Source of the DNA: Podarcis melisellensis
Lineage: Eukaryota
NCBI GenBank assembly: GCA_964234715.1
Contig: OZ174287.1
Direction: 5' to 3' (one strand)
DNA: 64,000 nt
The notes under the pieces were generated by a model, which saw nothing but the letters and a program-made list of their open reading frames with translations, did not search any database and was not told the DNA's origin. The translations under genes were made by a program, and so were the position numbers. Below are positions 15,101-29,077 of this stretch, one piece after another. Position 1 is the stretch's first letter. Each line of letters begins with the position of its first letter.

Positions 15101-16132
15101 GGGGAGGGGAGAAGTCGTTGAAGAAACTGACAATGGGGAGGTGAAGCATGGGACAGAACAGGCTGAGCACTTCTCCAGGGGTGGCCCATCCTGTTTTGCC
15201 ACCTGAGGTGAAACAGGAAGGTGCCCCCCACCCCTGCCTCGCTTACCAGGGTTGTGTAGCAGCAGTGGTTTCTGTAGAGATCTTGTGGCACTCTCACAAC
15301 ATCTTGCCAGAAGCTGCAGCCATGTGATTCCTGCAGTGGCAGGTGGGTGCCTGCAGGGGCACTGCCTCATGGGCTTCTGCCACCTGAGGCAACTGCTTCA
15401 GTCCACCTCATGGGCGGGCCAGCCCTGCACCTCCCCCTCCAATATGCACTTTTTAATGTTAAAGTAAAACACTTCAACCCCACTGCTATATATATGAACA
15501 AGCTAGACACGTGAATCATGACCCTGTCACACCTTAACTGTTCTATGGCTTCCTGTTTAATGTACACACATTAGCAAATCCAGGTTTCTTGAACTGGATG
15601 GAATGGCCCCATGGCTCCCTTTCCTACCTGTCAAAGAATATGTCTTATTTGTGTAAATGGTAGTCAGAGAAGGAAGGCCCCTGCTGACTCTGAACCTTAA
15701 CCGTGTTGACTATCTAGCTCATGTCATTTACAGATTCTATAAGACTCCTAAGCCCCATAAGACTGGCTTCTTCCAAAACTTCTGGAAAACATGATGGAGA
15801 GGGAAACTAAGAATTTGTTGCACTCCTGCAACTCTAGTGATCTCTCTTGTGTTCCCCCTACCCCCAATCCCTGCACACATTAGCCTCACATTGCAGCAAC
15901 ATTCAGTGCTGTGAGAAATACTGCCAACTTAATAGTAACAGCAGAAAAAATCAGGGAAACCTTACTAAGTTGGGAAAAATTCATGGTTAAGGCCACAAAT
16001 GAAGTGTGCTTAAGGTTGCCACATCAACATTTTAAAAATAAGGTATGTAGTGATGAAGACTCTCCCAAGAATACATTTTAAAAAATAATAAATTGTCCAG
16101 TAGCACTGTAGAGACGAACTAAGTTTGTTCTT

Positions 16133-16169
16133 GGTATAAGCTTTCGTGTGCATGCACACTTCTTCAGAT
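16133..16169 (-). ncRNA. Minimal type I hammerhead ribozyme core (PLE-associated)
   Basis: Minus strand reads CUGAAGA-A-GUGUG-CAUG-CACAC-GAA-AGCU-U-AUACC; the 5' strand of stem I is truncated. Confidence 0.6.
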
Positions 16170-16231
16170 TTCATACATGCACATGAAAGCTTATACCAAG
16201 AACAAACTTAGTTGGTCTCTAAGGTGCTACT

Positions 16232-16280
<49 letters not shown>

Positions 16281-16284
<4 letters not shown>

Positions 16285-16431
16285 GGTTTTGGAGTTTCTC
16301 GTAGGTTCTTGTCAGCTGGAAGGTTTCCTCCCCGTAGAGGTGAGATATTTGCTTTCGTAGATTTTCACGGGTACAGGAATGCAGGTTTTGCAAAACCTGC
16401 ATTCCTGTACCCGTGAAAATCTACGAAAGCA
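16281..16431. mobile_element. Penelope-like ORF-start fragment with a perfect 82-bp palindrome, inserted in (TA)n
   Basis: 16350-16390 is the exact reverse complement of 16391-16431. The minus strand reads RENLRKQISHLYGEETFQLTRTYEKLQ, which resembles a PLE ORF N-terminus (recalled, not searched). Confidence 0.55.
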
Positions 16432-17620
16432 TATATATATATATATATATATCGACTGCATCAGACCAACACAGCTACCTACCTGAATCTCTCCCAAGAA
16501 TGTCAGAGACAAAGCAAACTCAGATCCACCTGATTCCAACTGCAGATGCAGAAGCCCTGATTTTTTTAGGCCGACACCCTCTCCATTGACACTAGAAAAG
16601 AGAGCTCCAGACCTCAGTTTCTTCTTCATTTTATTCATTACGCCTGAGCTGCTCTACAGGCTCAAGTCTGAAATCTTCCAAGACCTCATATGAGACCAAT
16701 CTAAATGCTTCAAAGTAACAAAGTTTCTTAACAGGAAACATTTGCTTCCTGTCAGCAAGGTAAATAGATTATCATCATAAGATCACTATCACAAAACTTA
16801 GGCATACACACTAACCCATTTTAAACACAAAAATGTAGAATCATTCATGCTCATCCTCAACATGTTGCTTTCAATCTAGATTGATTCTAGATCCTGCAGT
16901 CCACAAGGGTGAGGGCAACTCTGTGATTTTGTTTGATAACTGTCCCCTTGGTTAGGCTATCCATGCCTTTTCCTCCCCTCACATGCCCCAAGTGAATGAT
17001 GAGCAAAGTGGTGGTCGCTATCTTGGTACAGGTCTAACTGCAACGCCATTGGTTAGATATGAATACAACTCCCATTGCCGAGACCGCCTACACCTGTTTT
17101 TATTTGTTTCAAATGGCCACATTTATTTTCTGAATGAAACCAGTTTCTCAAGAAGCACTTTTCAGGGACAGAAAATATGGAATAGGTTTAGATTGTCTGT
17201 GGACTATACGGGGTGGGGTGGGGACACACAAGTACTCCATCTCCACTGAACCTAGAGTAAGATGTGTGTACGCAACCATATCCCAGCTTTCAAGAAAATA
17301 TAGCTTTTAAAAAGCCTTTATAAAAAATGTGAGAGATGGGAGCTATATCAAGAAGGCTCCATTATACTGAAAGCAGGCCCTCTGAGCTAGATCTTAAGGT
17401 ACTGGCCGGATTATATGCAAACATTCATTTATATAACCTAGTCCCAAGCTGTTCAGGTTTTAAAAGTTAACAACCAGCACTTTGAGTTGTGCCCAGGATT
17501 GTAACAGTATTGGTTACAAAATCAGGATAGCATATTATGATTACCTGGCCGGCCCTCACCACAGCTTAGAGGCAGGATTCTGTACCAGCTGGAAACTTCA
17601 TAACAATTAAGCTCATAGAC

Positions 17621-17876
17621 CAGGCATAGGAAACCTAAGGCCCGTGGGCCGGATGCGGCCCAATCACCTTCTCAATCCAGCCTGAGGACAGCCCAGGAAA
17701 CAGCGTGTTTTTACATGAGTAGAATGTGTGTTTTTATTTCAAATGCATCCCTGATTTATTTGTGGGGCATAGGAATTATTCATTCCTTATTATTTTTTTC
17801 AAAATACAGTCCGGCCCACCACATAGTCTGAGGGTTAGTGGACCAGCCCACGGCTGAAAAAGGTCGCTGACCCCTG
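17621..17876. mobile_element. hAT non-autonomous element
   Basis: CAGG...CCTG termini; 8-bp TSD TCATAGAC (17613-17620 and 17877-17884). Confidence 0.85.
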
Positions 17877-20800
17877 TCATAGACTGTCACTTCTCTTTCA
17901 GCCTAACCTACCTTACACGGTTGTTGTGAGATAAAACGTGATAAACTCTTCTTTGCTGCCCTAAACTTCTTGGAAGAAGAGTAGGATACAAACGTGAGAA
18001 ATCAACATAAATCTGTTTTGGATTTTCACCCTGTAGGCTTGGGTGCTGAACGTGCTAACGTTTAGAGCCATTTGCATTTTGAAAGGGCAGCGAAAGGGAT
18101 GAGGCACAGCAAAGTCACTGAGAAGGAAAAAAGAGAGAAGAGGAAAGGCAGATCAATTGGCACAATCCATCAAGCCACAAGAAGTCTAAATAATCCAGGA
18201 TATCAACCAGGCTGATATATAGCTGATTTCAACGAGAGGAACCCTTAACAAGGCAGCTGTTCCGATGGTTGCTGAATCACAAACTGTCTCAGCATACGCT
18301 GGATTGAGGCACGAGGGCTCAACTCCATTCATCACAGACCTGCCCTAATGACCGAGCTTATTAGTAAACATTCCATGGGCCTGACAATCCACAGCTGTGC
18401 ATGGAGCAGGCTTCAGAGAGGCAGCTTCTGAATGTAAAAATAAAAAATAAAAAAATCTGAGTGTTGCCTTCCTGCCATTTATTTCAGTACTACTGAATAT
18501 TGCCATAGCATCACTTTTGAAATACAATACAAGTGCTCCCTCCTTATGAAATAATTACTGTGATCCAGAATGCAATCTGCATGCTGAAACAGGTTTCTTC
18601 AGGCTGGTAGACTATAACATGCATCAGTCCAAATAACCAATCCATATAAATAAACAGCCAGTTCCCATCAAACTCCAGCATCACACCAACAAATGGAACT
18701 CAAGGTAGAGTAAGGAGTGCAGCTATGTATATGTTGGTTCAAGTCTCTGTGGTTTCCCATAGCTCCACTGGGCAAAGAAAATGGGATGCAATCTAGGAGA
18801 TGGCTGAGGTGTGGCAAAAAGATACCTTCATTTCAGGGGCAGATACAGCTTCCACCCTATGGTCCCTGCCTGCATCTCTGTACTTTCTTACATGATTCCC
18901 TCTAACAGCAAATTCAAGCAGCTGTTTTTAGGAGAAAGTGTTAAAACAGGGCCATTGAGAAAGAAGAGGGCAGCGCCAGCATGCTCAGCAGAATCCTTGG
19001 GTTTGCAGAACTACAAATAGTCTTTAAAAATCAAATGGGTAGCCTTAAACAAACAAATGAAATGCTGAGGAAAGAGGCTATTCAGTTGCCATGGAAAGTT
19101 GAGAGTCAGTTGGTAAAGAAAAATGAAAATTTGGGGTGGGGAGTAGGGATGGTTTTAGTTTCTTTCAGTTTCTAAATCCAGTTCCCCACATTTCCACATC
19201 TGTTTGCATTTTTTCCCCTTAAAAAGTCCTCATGAAAATTCATCAGCATTTTTGTGTGAATTTACCCTGATATATACATGTTTGTATGCCATTTTCACTC
19301 ATGTATATTTTTCTACACATTTTTTGGAGAACCGTTTTTCAAAATTCAGAATGATGTGAAGTTGGAAGTGTGTGTGTTGTGGTTCTTGTATTGTTTTGGA
19401 AAGTGCAAATTAGATAGGTTCACTTTTAAATGTGAAATGAATCCAATTTCTTTCCCATCCCATGGGGAAAAGTGGAAAACACTGCTTGGAGGAAATGGCT
19501 GAGTGGAACTCTGCACAGAAATACTCCTGTAAAGCGAACAGATACACTTAAGCATTTGATTGGAGGCCTTACATGTATAAGTGAACAGGCTACCATTCAT
19601 TTATAGGAGGAAAAATAAAGTACTGCACTAGGAGACAAAGTTGTGCTGGGAGCAAAACCTACTTGCCATTCTGAAAGAGGGCCCAAGAGGAAAGATACAA
19701 TCTTTCCCTGTGCAATAGGGCACACAGAAACAAATGGCACTGTCCTACGCAGGCATCTATGTAACATACAGGCCCTCTCTCGACACACAATTATCACCTG
19801 TCATAAAGATAAGTACTTCAATAGGAAAGAATAAAAAACCACAAGCCCTTCATTCCCTGTCCTGCTGAGGATGCCAAAACCTCAAACATGTAGACAATGG
19901 TCAGGCATCCTTTGCAAAACACTTCAGAGCAGCTACAATGCAACATACAGTCCCTCACTTAGCAAAAGTTCCCTATCCCCCCACCTGGCCCCCTGCCCTC
20001 AGCCATGCACCTGCAGGTCTATAACCCATCGGATTAGCTGAAGGCTGCCTGATTGCTGCAGTTTCAATGGCTTGTTGAGACCATCGATTGCCGGTCATGT
20101 CACCAGGAGAAAAGGATTAATAACGGATTGCTCAGGTTGGCTCAATACTGCTGATAGCGCCTGACAAAACACCGTTAGTAGCACTCCCGCCGGGACACTC
20201 TCTATGTAGGGGAGCCACAAGGAACATCATTCATGGTTTTGCAGAACAATGATTAACTCCAGATCTTCGCGCCAGGGGTGGGGGGATGAGGGGAGTCTCA
20301 ACAAATAGTTACTATTATTTCCAAATAAATTCTGCTCCTTCTGTTCAGTTCATTGCTGTTTCAGGCAGAGGCCTTTAGAGAAAGAGAGAGAAAGATACCT
20401 GCTAGGGAGAAGATGCATTTTCTTTCAGGCCCCTTGATACTGTATAATCTGTCCCACAGGAAACATAGCTCTCAGACCCTTCTGAAATCTTGTTTAAAGA
20501 AAGCCATCAATTTGGTAAATTGGTTCAAGTTGGGTGTGTAAGAGGAGGAACCCAGAATATGGGGAAAGCAACACAGAGATGGCAAACAGAAGGCTGGTGC
20601 TGATGACAGGCCTGGGTTTCCAAGCCTGTGGCTGACCCTTTCCTCTCAGCATAATTTTTGTAAACTTCCCATGCCATCATAATTCAGCAAAAGACTAAGG
20701 TAGGCCTTGGAGTTGATAGCTAGATCTTAAAATGGTGTTCTCTGTATGCAATTCATTGCCACTCACCACTGGGCAAAGCTAATGTGCAACCCCTGACATG

Positions 20801-22184
20801 AACTAATATGTTTTTACATATCATCCTCTTTTTCTGCTTGTGCTAATTGTGACTCACCATCACTAGTAAATCTGTGGCTGTGTGGAAAAGTGAGCTATGT
20901 TGCCCCATTACTTCTTAAAGGGGTTTTAGACAGCAGGGATAGGAAAGCCCTCTGCTTGAGAGACTACCACTGCCAGCCACAGCACAAATCCTATAACAGA
21001 ACTCCTTGGGCTGATGTAGACTAAGTTACTTATAATAAGTTCCCACTTATTAAATAAAAGAGACACATCAGTTGATTCAACTTCCCATGATTCTCTGTTG
21101 TCAGCTAATGTTTCATGATGGAAAAAAATAAGAAATTTCAATCAACAAAAATTTGATGCACCTTTTGGCTGGTAGTATCTGTTCTGAGAATTTGAAGGGG
21201 TGTGGTGGTCAGCCACTGCTTGCAGTACATACACTTAGGCTTTGCCACCACTAAGCAGGTTTTCTCATCTTTAAAAATATGTCTTTTGGAAATTCTTCAA
21301 AACTTGTTTGGCTAGGCAACGAAAGGCATGTGTACCCATACCACAATAAAAAAATGCCTCTTAAACCATTCTCAACTCAACCATTGTCTTGTCTCCAGCC
21401 TTAGGAGAGGCAAATCCATCCCCACCCCTTCCTATCTGTCCGTTAGCTCCTAAATTTCTGCACAACAAGCGCCTTTCTGCCCTACAGTAATCGCAGCCTT
21501 TCGAGCGCGAAAGGTGAACGTTCCGCATCCCCATACTCTGGACACAATTACATTTACACATAACACCCCCCTTTCCCTGTCATGATCTTTCTGCCTGACA
21601 TCTCATCTGTCAGCGGCCCATCGCCGGCCATGGATCCAGTGACCTCCCCCTGAATAAAAAGAGGAAGGGACAGGGCAGTAAATCCCATCCCCAGAGCGCA
21701 TCAGCGCGGCAGTAAATTGGAATCCTCTCCGTGCCCCCTTTATTATCACACTCACAGCATGAAGTTATGAGCCTCCACACAGCTCCTGCTATAAAAATGT
21801 GATGGATGGGAGGGAAACCTCGGGGAGTTAATCTATTCTCCCATTAAATTTTACTTTAATTGGTCTTTGAGTCAATCAGAAGCTCACTAGACAGTGAATT
21901 AAGGAAAGGGGGGGAAAGGAGAATGAAATGGGTAGGACGACGAAAAAAGGGGTGTCTTTTAGCAAGTCAGATGATAAGGATATCAGTAGCTGTAGCTGAA
22001 CCCAATACTTCCCACCTTGAGTAGTAGCAGTATCTTTAGAGACTCATGCAGCTGCCTTTCCCAAGCCTGATACTCAAGATTCATTTAATAAGCAGAGATG
22101 TGAGGGGTGGAATTGGAGGCCTGAGACTAATGAGCTATGCTCGTCATTAGCAAGGAGAACCACAAAATCACATTTCTGAATAAG

Positions 22185-22550
22185 TGAAGCTGCCATATAC
22201 TAAGTCATACCATTTCCCCACCTAGCAGACTCTATACAAACAGGCAGCAGGTTTCAGACAGGAATATGTCCCAACCCTACCTGGAGATGTCAGGGATTGC
22301 ATCTGCAAAGCACATGCTGCATCACTGAGCTACAACCCTTGCTCACATATAGAAACATAGGACCCTGCCTTAAACAAGAGTCAAATCACTGATCTATCTA
22401 ACTCAGGATTGTCTACACTGCTGGCAGTGGCTCTCCAGGTTCTAAGACAGGGCTCATCCCCAGCGCCTACCTGAAGATGCCAAGGACTGAAGTTGGGACC
22501 CTCTGCATGGAATGAATGTGCTCTTCCAGTGAGCTGTGGCCCATCCCCAT
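22185..22550 (-). mobile_element. Two tandem degenerate tRNA-derived squamate SINEs (Squam3-like)
   Basis: Two related units with CCCTACCTG(G/A)AGATG bodies and TGAGCT(A/G) reverse-complement A-box heads. Confidence 0.6.
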
Positions 22551-24300
22551 GAGTCACGCAAGGGCTTCTATAGCCATTGTAACATTAAGACAGGGAAGGA
22601 TAACCAAAGTACTCTACAGTTTTGGTTCTCAAAGCATGACATGGACCTCCGCAAAGGAAGTATGAGGAATTTCTGCTATGGGAGACTTAACCACCCATAG
22701 TGCTTGCTACAAAAAGGAAAAGCACAAGAGCTGAAACCACAGTGGAAGACCCCCTGTCCCCCCTCCACTATAGGATGTGTGTGTATGTGTGTGTGTGGCA
22801 GAGAGAGAAAGAGGGAGGAAGGGGCTGGTTGTAATGCAATAATGCACTTAACACATGCTCAGGGGCAGTCTCTTATGATGTCAAACAAACTAAGGGTGAA
22901 CACGGGCATCTAAAACCGACTCTTTGAGAGAGCTGTAACAAAACTCTGGGCTCCAAACAAGCCCTCTTCTCTACCCGTCTTCCTACCTTTGTATGTGTAT
23001 TCCCCCCCCCCCCCCACTAAGCAAAGCTTTCCATTGCTCCTCCCCGAGTGCATGGCTGCTGCTTTGGAATGGTTCTGTGCAGTCCAGACCACATTGTGCC
23101 ACACACACTGAAAGGATGGAGCCCCCATATAACTTAACTGCTTGCATACTTCTGTGTTAACTAAATTACACCACATGTGAACAATTTACTGCCATCCGCA
23201 CTGAAGGGTTACAAAAGTTTATAACGGTTATAAAAGTTTTAGAAATAAACAAACTATCTAACAACGTCTGCAAAATCCCCCAGAAGGGAAACTCTTATGT
23301 TAAAAAGTTTCAGCAGAAGCAACATGGGTAGGCATGGTATGTAAAAATCAAGAAAGCAAAGGTGCCCAAAGTGCCCCCCCCAAAAAATGTACTGTGTTTG
23401 TTAATGCCCAACGTTTTTTGTAGAGAGGGGGGGTCTTTCTTCTGGGGCAATCTAAAACACATACAATTATACATTAAAATAATTTGGAATGTGCCCTCCC
23501 CCGCAAATTTGATGCATCCTAACCAATGAATTCACTTTAGAACGCCTGGTTAAACATTACTCTTTTAACTCAAACTCACACCTGCAAAATAAAAAACTGT
23601 TGCTAATATAAGCTACACTTAGTAACATAAAAAAAAATACTTAAAATATTTGTTGAAAGGCTTTAGCTCAGTGGTAGAGCATCTCCTTTACACGCAGACG
23701 ATCCCATCTGAAACCCTGGAGAGACATTGCCTGTTAGGGCTCATCCACATTTATCTTTCACCCCATACTTTCTAGGCACAGGTCTGTGCTTTAAAACTTG
23801 GTGTCTGAGCGCTTTTTCTTGGGTCCCACCACTTTCCCCAGGAAAACCCGCTCTTTACTGCTGAATTGGAACAAATGGCAATTTGGGTTTTCCATGGATT
23901 GCCATTTGCTCCTATTCAGTGGTAAAGAGCAGGTTTATGGGGTGCAGGAGGTGCAGTTTCAATTTTTAAAAAATGTTTTGGGGGATAAAGCTGTATTTTA
24001 TACCACCTGCACCCCCAGCTTGTCTCTTTACTTACAGGTTTTAATTCATTTGTGGACCCAGGAACAGCTCTTATTGGAATACCTACAGAGAGTGAGGCCT
24101 GGTCTACAACTGCAGTAGAATGAGGTGGTACTGTGAACCATACTGCTTCAGATTGCCTGACAGCAGTGCCATTTGTGAAAGCTCCTACATTAAAAAAAAT
24201 AAGATTAAAAAACCTCCTAGCTGTAAAAAACTAGCCATCAGGGCTAAGGTTCTAGTTTTGTTTATTCCCTCCTATGCTGGCTTTCTACTTGCAGAAAGTA

Positions 24301-24561
24301 CCATATTTTTTGCTCTATAAGACTCACCTTTTCCCTCCTAAAAAGTAAGGGGAAATGTGTGTGTGCGTCTTATGGAGTGAATGCAGGCTGCACAGCTATC
24401 ACAGAAGCCAGAACAGCAAGAGGGATTGCTGCTTTCACTGCGCAGCGATCCCTCTTGCTGTTCTGGCTTCTGAGATTCAGAATATTTTTTTTCTTGTTTT
24501 CCTCCTCCAAAAACTAGTTGCGTCCTGTGGTCTGGTGCATCTTATAGAGCGAAAAATGTGG
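24301..24561. mobile_element. Tc1/mariner (Tc2/pogo-like) MITE, older copy
   Basis: TA-CCATATTTTTTGCTCTATAAG ... CTTATAGAGCGAAAAATGTGG-TA; internal hairpin; same family as 29397-29855. Confidence 0.75.
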
Positions 24562-25487
24562 TACTTTTTGTTTTGTTTTACCCAGGTAAGTATCGAAAAA
24601 TATAATACACACACATACACACCCTGCAGTTTTACCTTCCACTGTACCATTTCAGGTGTTCTACCACTTCAGTCTTTTGAATATATAGACCAAGCCTGAA
24701 GCACCAAAGGCCACCAGCACAGGGGAATCCTGGTCACTGAGAAGAATGACATCTCTGCTCTAGTTTAAAATTATATTATTTATGTGCTTGCCTGAGTACT
24801 GAAAAGGGTGAGCAGGCATGATTTGAAGAAAAAGAAAATGGAAGAATAACAGTTAAGAACTGGGTGAGAGGGACTTGCAATTGGCAGTACTATTATTGAT
24901 ACTATCCAATAGACACTTATACAGACAAAACCACGAGTCCTTTGAAAATTGCATGCAATAGTTGCACTACCTAGGACAAAAAACCTCTCTGTTTCCCAAC
25001 AACTGCACTTAGTGGTTCAAGTGCTGGGAAACTGTAATTTACCAGTAAGTGGTAATGTTCTCAGGAATTACATTTTTTAAGCAAGTGGATTACTGTACAT
25101 TCTGCCCGGGTAAAGCAAAAATAATCGTCAAAGTTTGGAAGATGGTAGAGATAACTAAACTGAGTACATTTACCTTAGAGATGGCAAGCAGAAAGCAGGA
25201 AATTTTCCATTGAATTGGGCCCCCTTTCGTCAATTTTATGGATAGATGCAGGCTGCACTTTGACAGATTCTAGAGTTTTATATTATTTAAATAGATTCTG
25301 TGTTGTTCAGTGACAATGGACTGGTTTGCAACTTAAATGCATTACATGGCATCCTTGTAAATGAAGTCACAGAAGTTTATTAGCCTGCAAAATGAACACT
25401 GGCTTGCTTTTTTGGGGAGAATGACAGAGGAGGGACAGACAGCCTCCTGCTTTCCCTCCTAGCAGCCCACTTAGTTTCTGCTTGCTC

Positions 25488-25675
25488 ATAAGAACTTAAG
25501 AAGTGTCTGCTGGATCAGGCCAATTGCCCATGTAGTCCAGAAGCCCTGTTCTCACAGTGGCCAACCAGATGCCCATGGAAAGTCTGCAAACAGGACCTGA
25601 GCGCAATAGTACTCTCCCCTTCCATGGTTTGCAGCAACTGGTATTCAGAAACATTACTGCTGCCAACCATGGAAT
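25488..25675 (-). mobile_element. SINE/CR1-tail fragment (Squam3-like)
   Basis: CATAAGAAC tail and CTGCTGGATCAGGCC...TAGTCCAG body; similar copy at about 45957-46165. Confidence 0.5.
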
Positions 25676-26324
25676 TCTTCCTTTTGGAACCAGATGCATG
25701 CTTCAATACATGGTTCTGCCTCGTTCTGTAAATATTTCTAATAGTAGTATATTTTGCATTTTTAATTACCATGATTAATTTGCATTCAGAAACAGGACAG
25801 TAAGTGGGAAATACAGATAGCTACTTCGGTCATGACTTGCTTCTGATATGGATAGCACTTATGCCACTTGTAATATATTGTGTGTGAACTGTGGGTGTCA
25901 CATAAGAAATTATATTTCTTTCACTATCCCATGCACTGGGAAGAAATACTATGAAGTAGACATAGATGTAGTTCTTACATGATGTACACATCATCGGCAC
26001 ATGAAATACAGAAGTGCTGCCAGTGCAGCAGGAAGTTTATCATCATTGGAGCCACTCTAATAACATATTCTTGAAAGTACTCTGTAGGCAACAGCCCACA
26101 AAAAAATTCCCAAATAGCTTTCCACATTTGGTGTATACCTACATTCACATTAGTGCAATCATGGAGGAAACATGGGGGAATGGCCATTCAGCAAGTACCA
26201 GGCTACAAATACCAGGAATATTTCCAGGCTGCAAACTTCTATATGACTTTAACTTTCATGCCTTTCCATAAAGAATCTTGGAAGTGCAGTTGGTGAGGGT
26301 GCTGAGAATTCTTACAGTGTATGG

Positions 26325-26650
26325 ATTTTGCTGCCACAAGATGTGGCAATGACCTCCAACTTTGATGGCTTTAAAATGGATTTAGACAGATTCATGGAGG
26401 ATAAGAGAGCTAATGCTTCTCTATCTAATGCTTAACTATCTGTCACGGTGGTTGTATACCATCTCCAGGATCAGAGGTAGCAAGCTTTTAAATACCTATT
26501 ATTGGGGAAGCATAGCAAGAGGTGGTTATTATGCTCATGCCTTGCTTGTGGGCTTCCGAAAGACATCAGGTTGGCTACTATGGAAAACAGGATGCTACAC
26601 TAGATACGTATTTGGTCTGATCCAGCAGGTCTCTTCTTATGTTCTCTATT
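26325..26650 (+). mobile_element. Old CR1 LINE 3' end
   Basis: CTGCCACAAGATGTGG...GATGGCTTTAAA...TTAGACAGATTCATGGAGGATAAG motif and TCTTATGTTCT tail. Confidence 0.6.
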
Positions 26651-28715
26651 AAATATGCCTTTCCCCTCTCACAGAACTATAGTTCCCAGGATTCCCTGGG
26701 AGAGGAAGTGTTGGCCAAAATTGTTTAGGTTTGTGGTACAGATCTGCAAAAGCCAACAAAAACACAAGTGATACTACAAGTCCCACTTCAGTGGTTTACA
26801 CATTTTAGCTTTGCTTAGTAGCTTAGCCAACCATTATTTGTGGTCCCTGCTGAGACCTCCCCTCACTAAAGCTCTGATACATGTAAGGAACTCAGGGAAG
26901 GTAGAAACAGCATGAAGGAGTCACATTACTTTTTTTCCTTCTCCAAAGCCCAGCACAAAGTGTGACAAGGCCACTCTGCTCTCCCCAAGTCCTCTGTGTG
27001 CACTAAACAAATGGGAGGGAATGGAGGCTTATCCATTCTCACTTTACACTGGACTTGTAGCTGGTGGAAGCAATGCAACTTTTTCTTCCTGCTTCTGACT
27101 TCTCCTAAGGCCAGTGTAAAGTGAGAGCGTTTTGCTTCCAGCAGAAAGATCGCATCCTCTGTAAGAGTTCTCAGCAATTCATGAAAAACTCAATGTGCTA
27201 GGAATTTTCTAGCTCAAGGATCGTTGCCAGAAAGGATGGCTAATTCACCAATGGCCAGCCAGTGACTGAATTTATCGACTCTTGGTTCATTTCTGCACAG
27301 TATTACCACATGCCTATATTGAGTGTGATAACCCAGGTAAACCTCCAAACTCCCATTTAAACCTGGAAAGTGAATTTAAGCAGCTGTGGGCAACTGTTAT
27401 TATACAAAGCCAGGTAGTTTCTTGAAATCTGCACATATGTACATTGCATAAAGAGACCTGATACACTTCAAATTTTGAAGCTAAAGCATTGAGATCTAGA
27501 TAGTAGAGTAATAATCATTGCACACCTTGAATGAAGACTATGTGCAGATATAACAAATGAGTTCATCTCTGCATTTATTTGGATGCACACCCACAGCGTG
27601 TTAGGTAAGAGGCAAATCTGGTGCAAAGCTGGAAAGCGTTTCAACCTCAGCGTAAGCCATTTAAGAATTAAAGCTGACTATATTCCTGCAAAGAATTTGT
27701 AGAGCTTGTAATGCCTCACATTTTTGAATTTTATGGGCTCTGATGTTAGTTGTCATGTCAGTTGTCAGGGCCCATTTACAGACTCCCAGAAAAAACTTCC
27801 TTTCTTCTTGGTGGCTTAAAGGAGCAAGTGGGATATAAAAACCAAACATCGTAGCAAAATAGATATATCTATATACCCCACAGTAGAAAGAAAGTGAAAG
27901 CAGAGCATAATGGGAGGTGAATAAGAACAGCCAGTGCCTCCATTCCAGGGTTGACAGCTAGAGTTTATGCCCCAGAATATATGATAATAAGGTTTTATGG
28001 GAGTGAGCCCCAGGGATCGACAGTGTCTTCGTAAACATCAGACTTCGGGGAAAAGGCAGACTTTGAGCAATGGACTCAGTTCATAGCTCTTGATAAAAAA
28101 AGATATAAAAATGTAGGCCTGGAGAGACAAAAACCTCTATCTGCTATAAGGGGCATTTAGCCCTAATCTAGTCCTGGCAGTTGTGTAACCATGCAAATGT
28201 AATGAAGGAAAGGGAGACCCTTACTTATGCAGGGGACAGCTTTACTCTTTCAAACAGAATATTTCTAAATTTCAAAGATGCTTGCACTCATGCTGGGGTA
28301 GGAATCACACTGTGTTCTGTAAAAAGTAATGCTGCAGGGCCCATTTTCACCTGGCCTAGGGGACAGGGCCAGACTCACCTTGAACAGCTAAAAGAGGCTC
28401 CTGGGAGGCCAGGGGGACATTGCTGGAAGGACCCTTAGGTTGGGGCAACTGCCTAACACGCTTTAAAATGTTTTAAAAGGTTCTAATTTTGGTCCCTCTG
28501 TTTTGTTTTGTCGGATTGGTGTTAGTTAAATATTTAGTTGGGGTTGGCGGTTATTTTAATTTGGGTATAACTGGAAACTGTTTATTACTGTTGTTATTGT
28601 TTGTTTGTTGCTTGTATAGGATATTTTGGGTTTTTTAAATGTTTGATGTTTTGTTGTGTTTTTATATATGTTGTAAGCCACCCAAAGTGGGATATAAATT
28701 ATTGGGTGGGATATA

Positions 28716-28716
28716 A

Positions 28717-28752
<36 letters not shown>
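28716..28752. repeat. (ATT)n microsatellite, probably an L2-type tail
   Basis: Direct read. Confidence 0.85.
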
Positions 28753-29077
28753 TCTTTAGAAACAAAAACATTATTTTGGAATAGTGGGGCATTACTGGGG
28801 GTGGGATAAGAAGCCTATTACAACCTCTTTGGTTTTTTTGAAAGGATAACCATTTCCTACTCTATTAAACTTTTTAAAAATTGGATAACTATCCTGAGAG
28901 CAAAATTATTGGCAGCTGGGTTGGGGGAGGAGAATGCATTACTGAAGGAAGGAAAGCAGCTTTGTGAGGCAGGAATTTGCAGGGTTTGCGGGAAGAGAAA
29001 AGGTTTCTCCAAATTTATTCCCCTAGCTATTCCACCCATGAAGTTTAAAACATTCAAACTGCATTTGAAAACCTATA

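Larger units (their letters stand above)
16093..16489. mobile_element. Penelope-like element end (inverted/palindromic) interrupted by (TA)n and a second PLE fragment
   Basis: Inverted arms GTCCAGTAGCAC...GGTATAAGCTTTC / GAAAGCTTATACC...GTGCTACTGGAC; tail AGACCAACAC(A/G)GCTACCTA shared with the copy near 40130. Confidence 0.75.
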
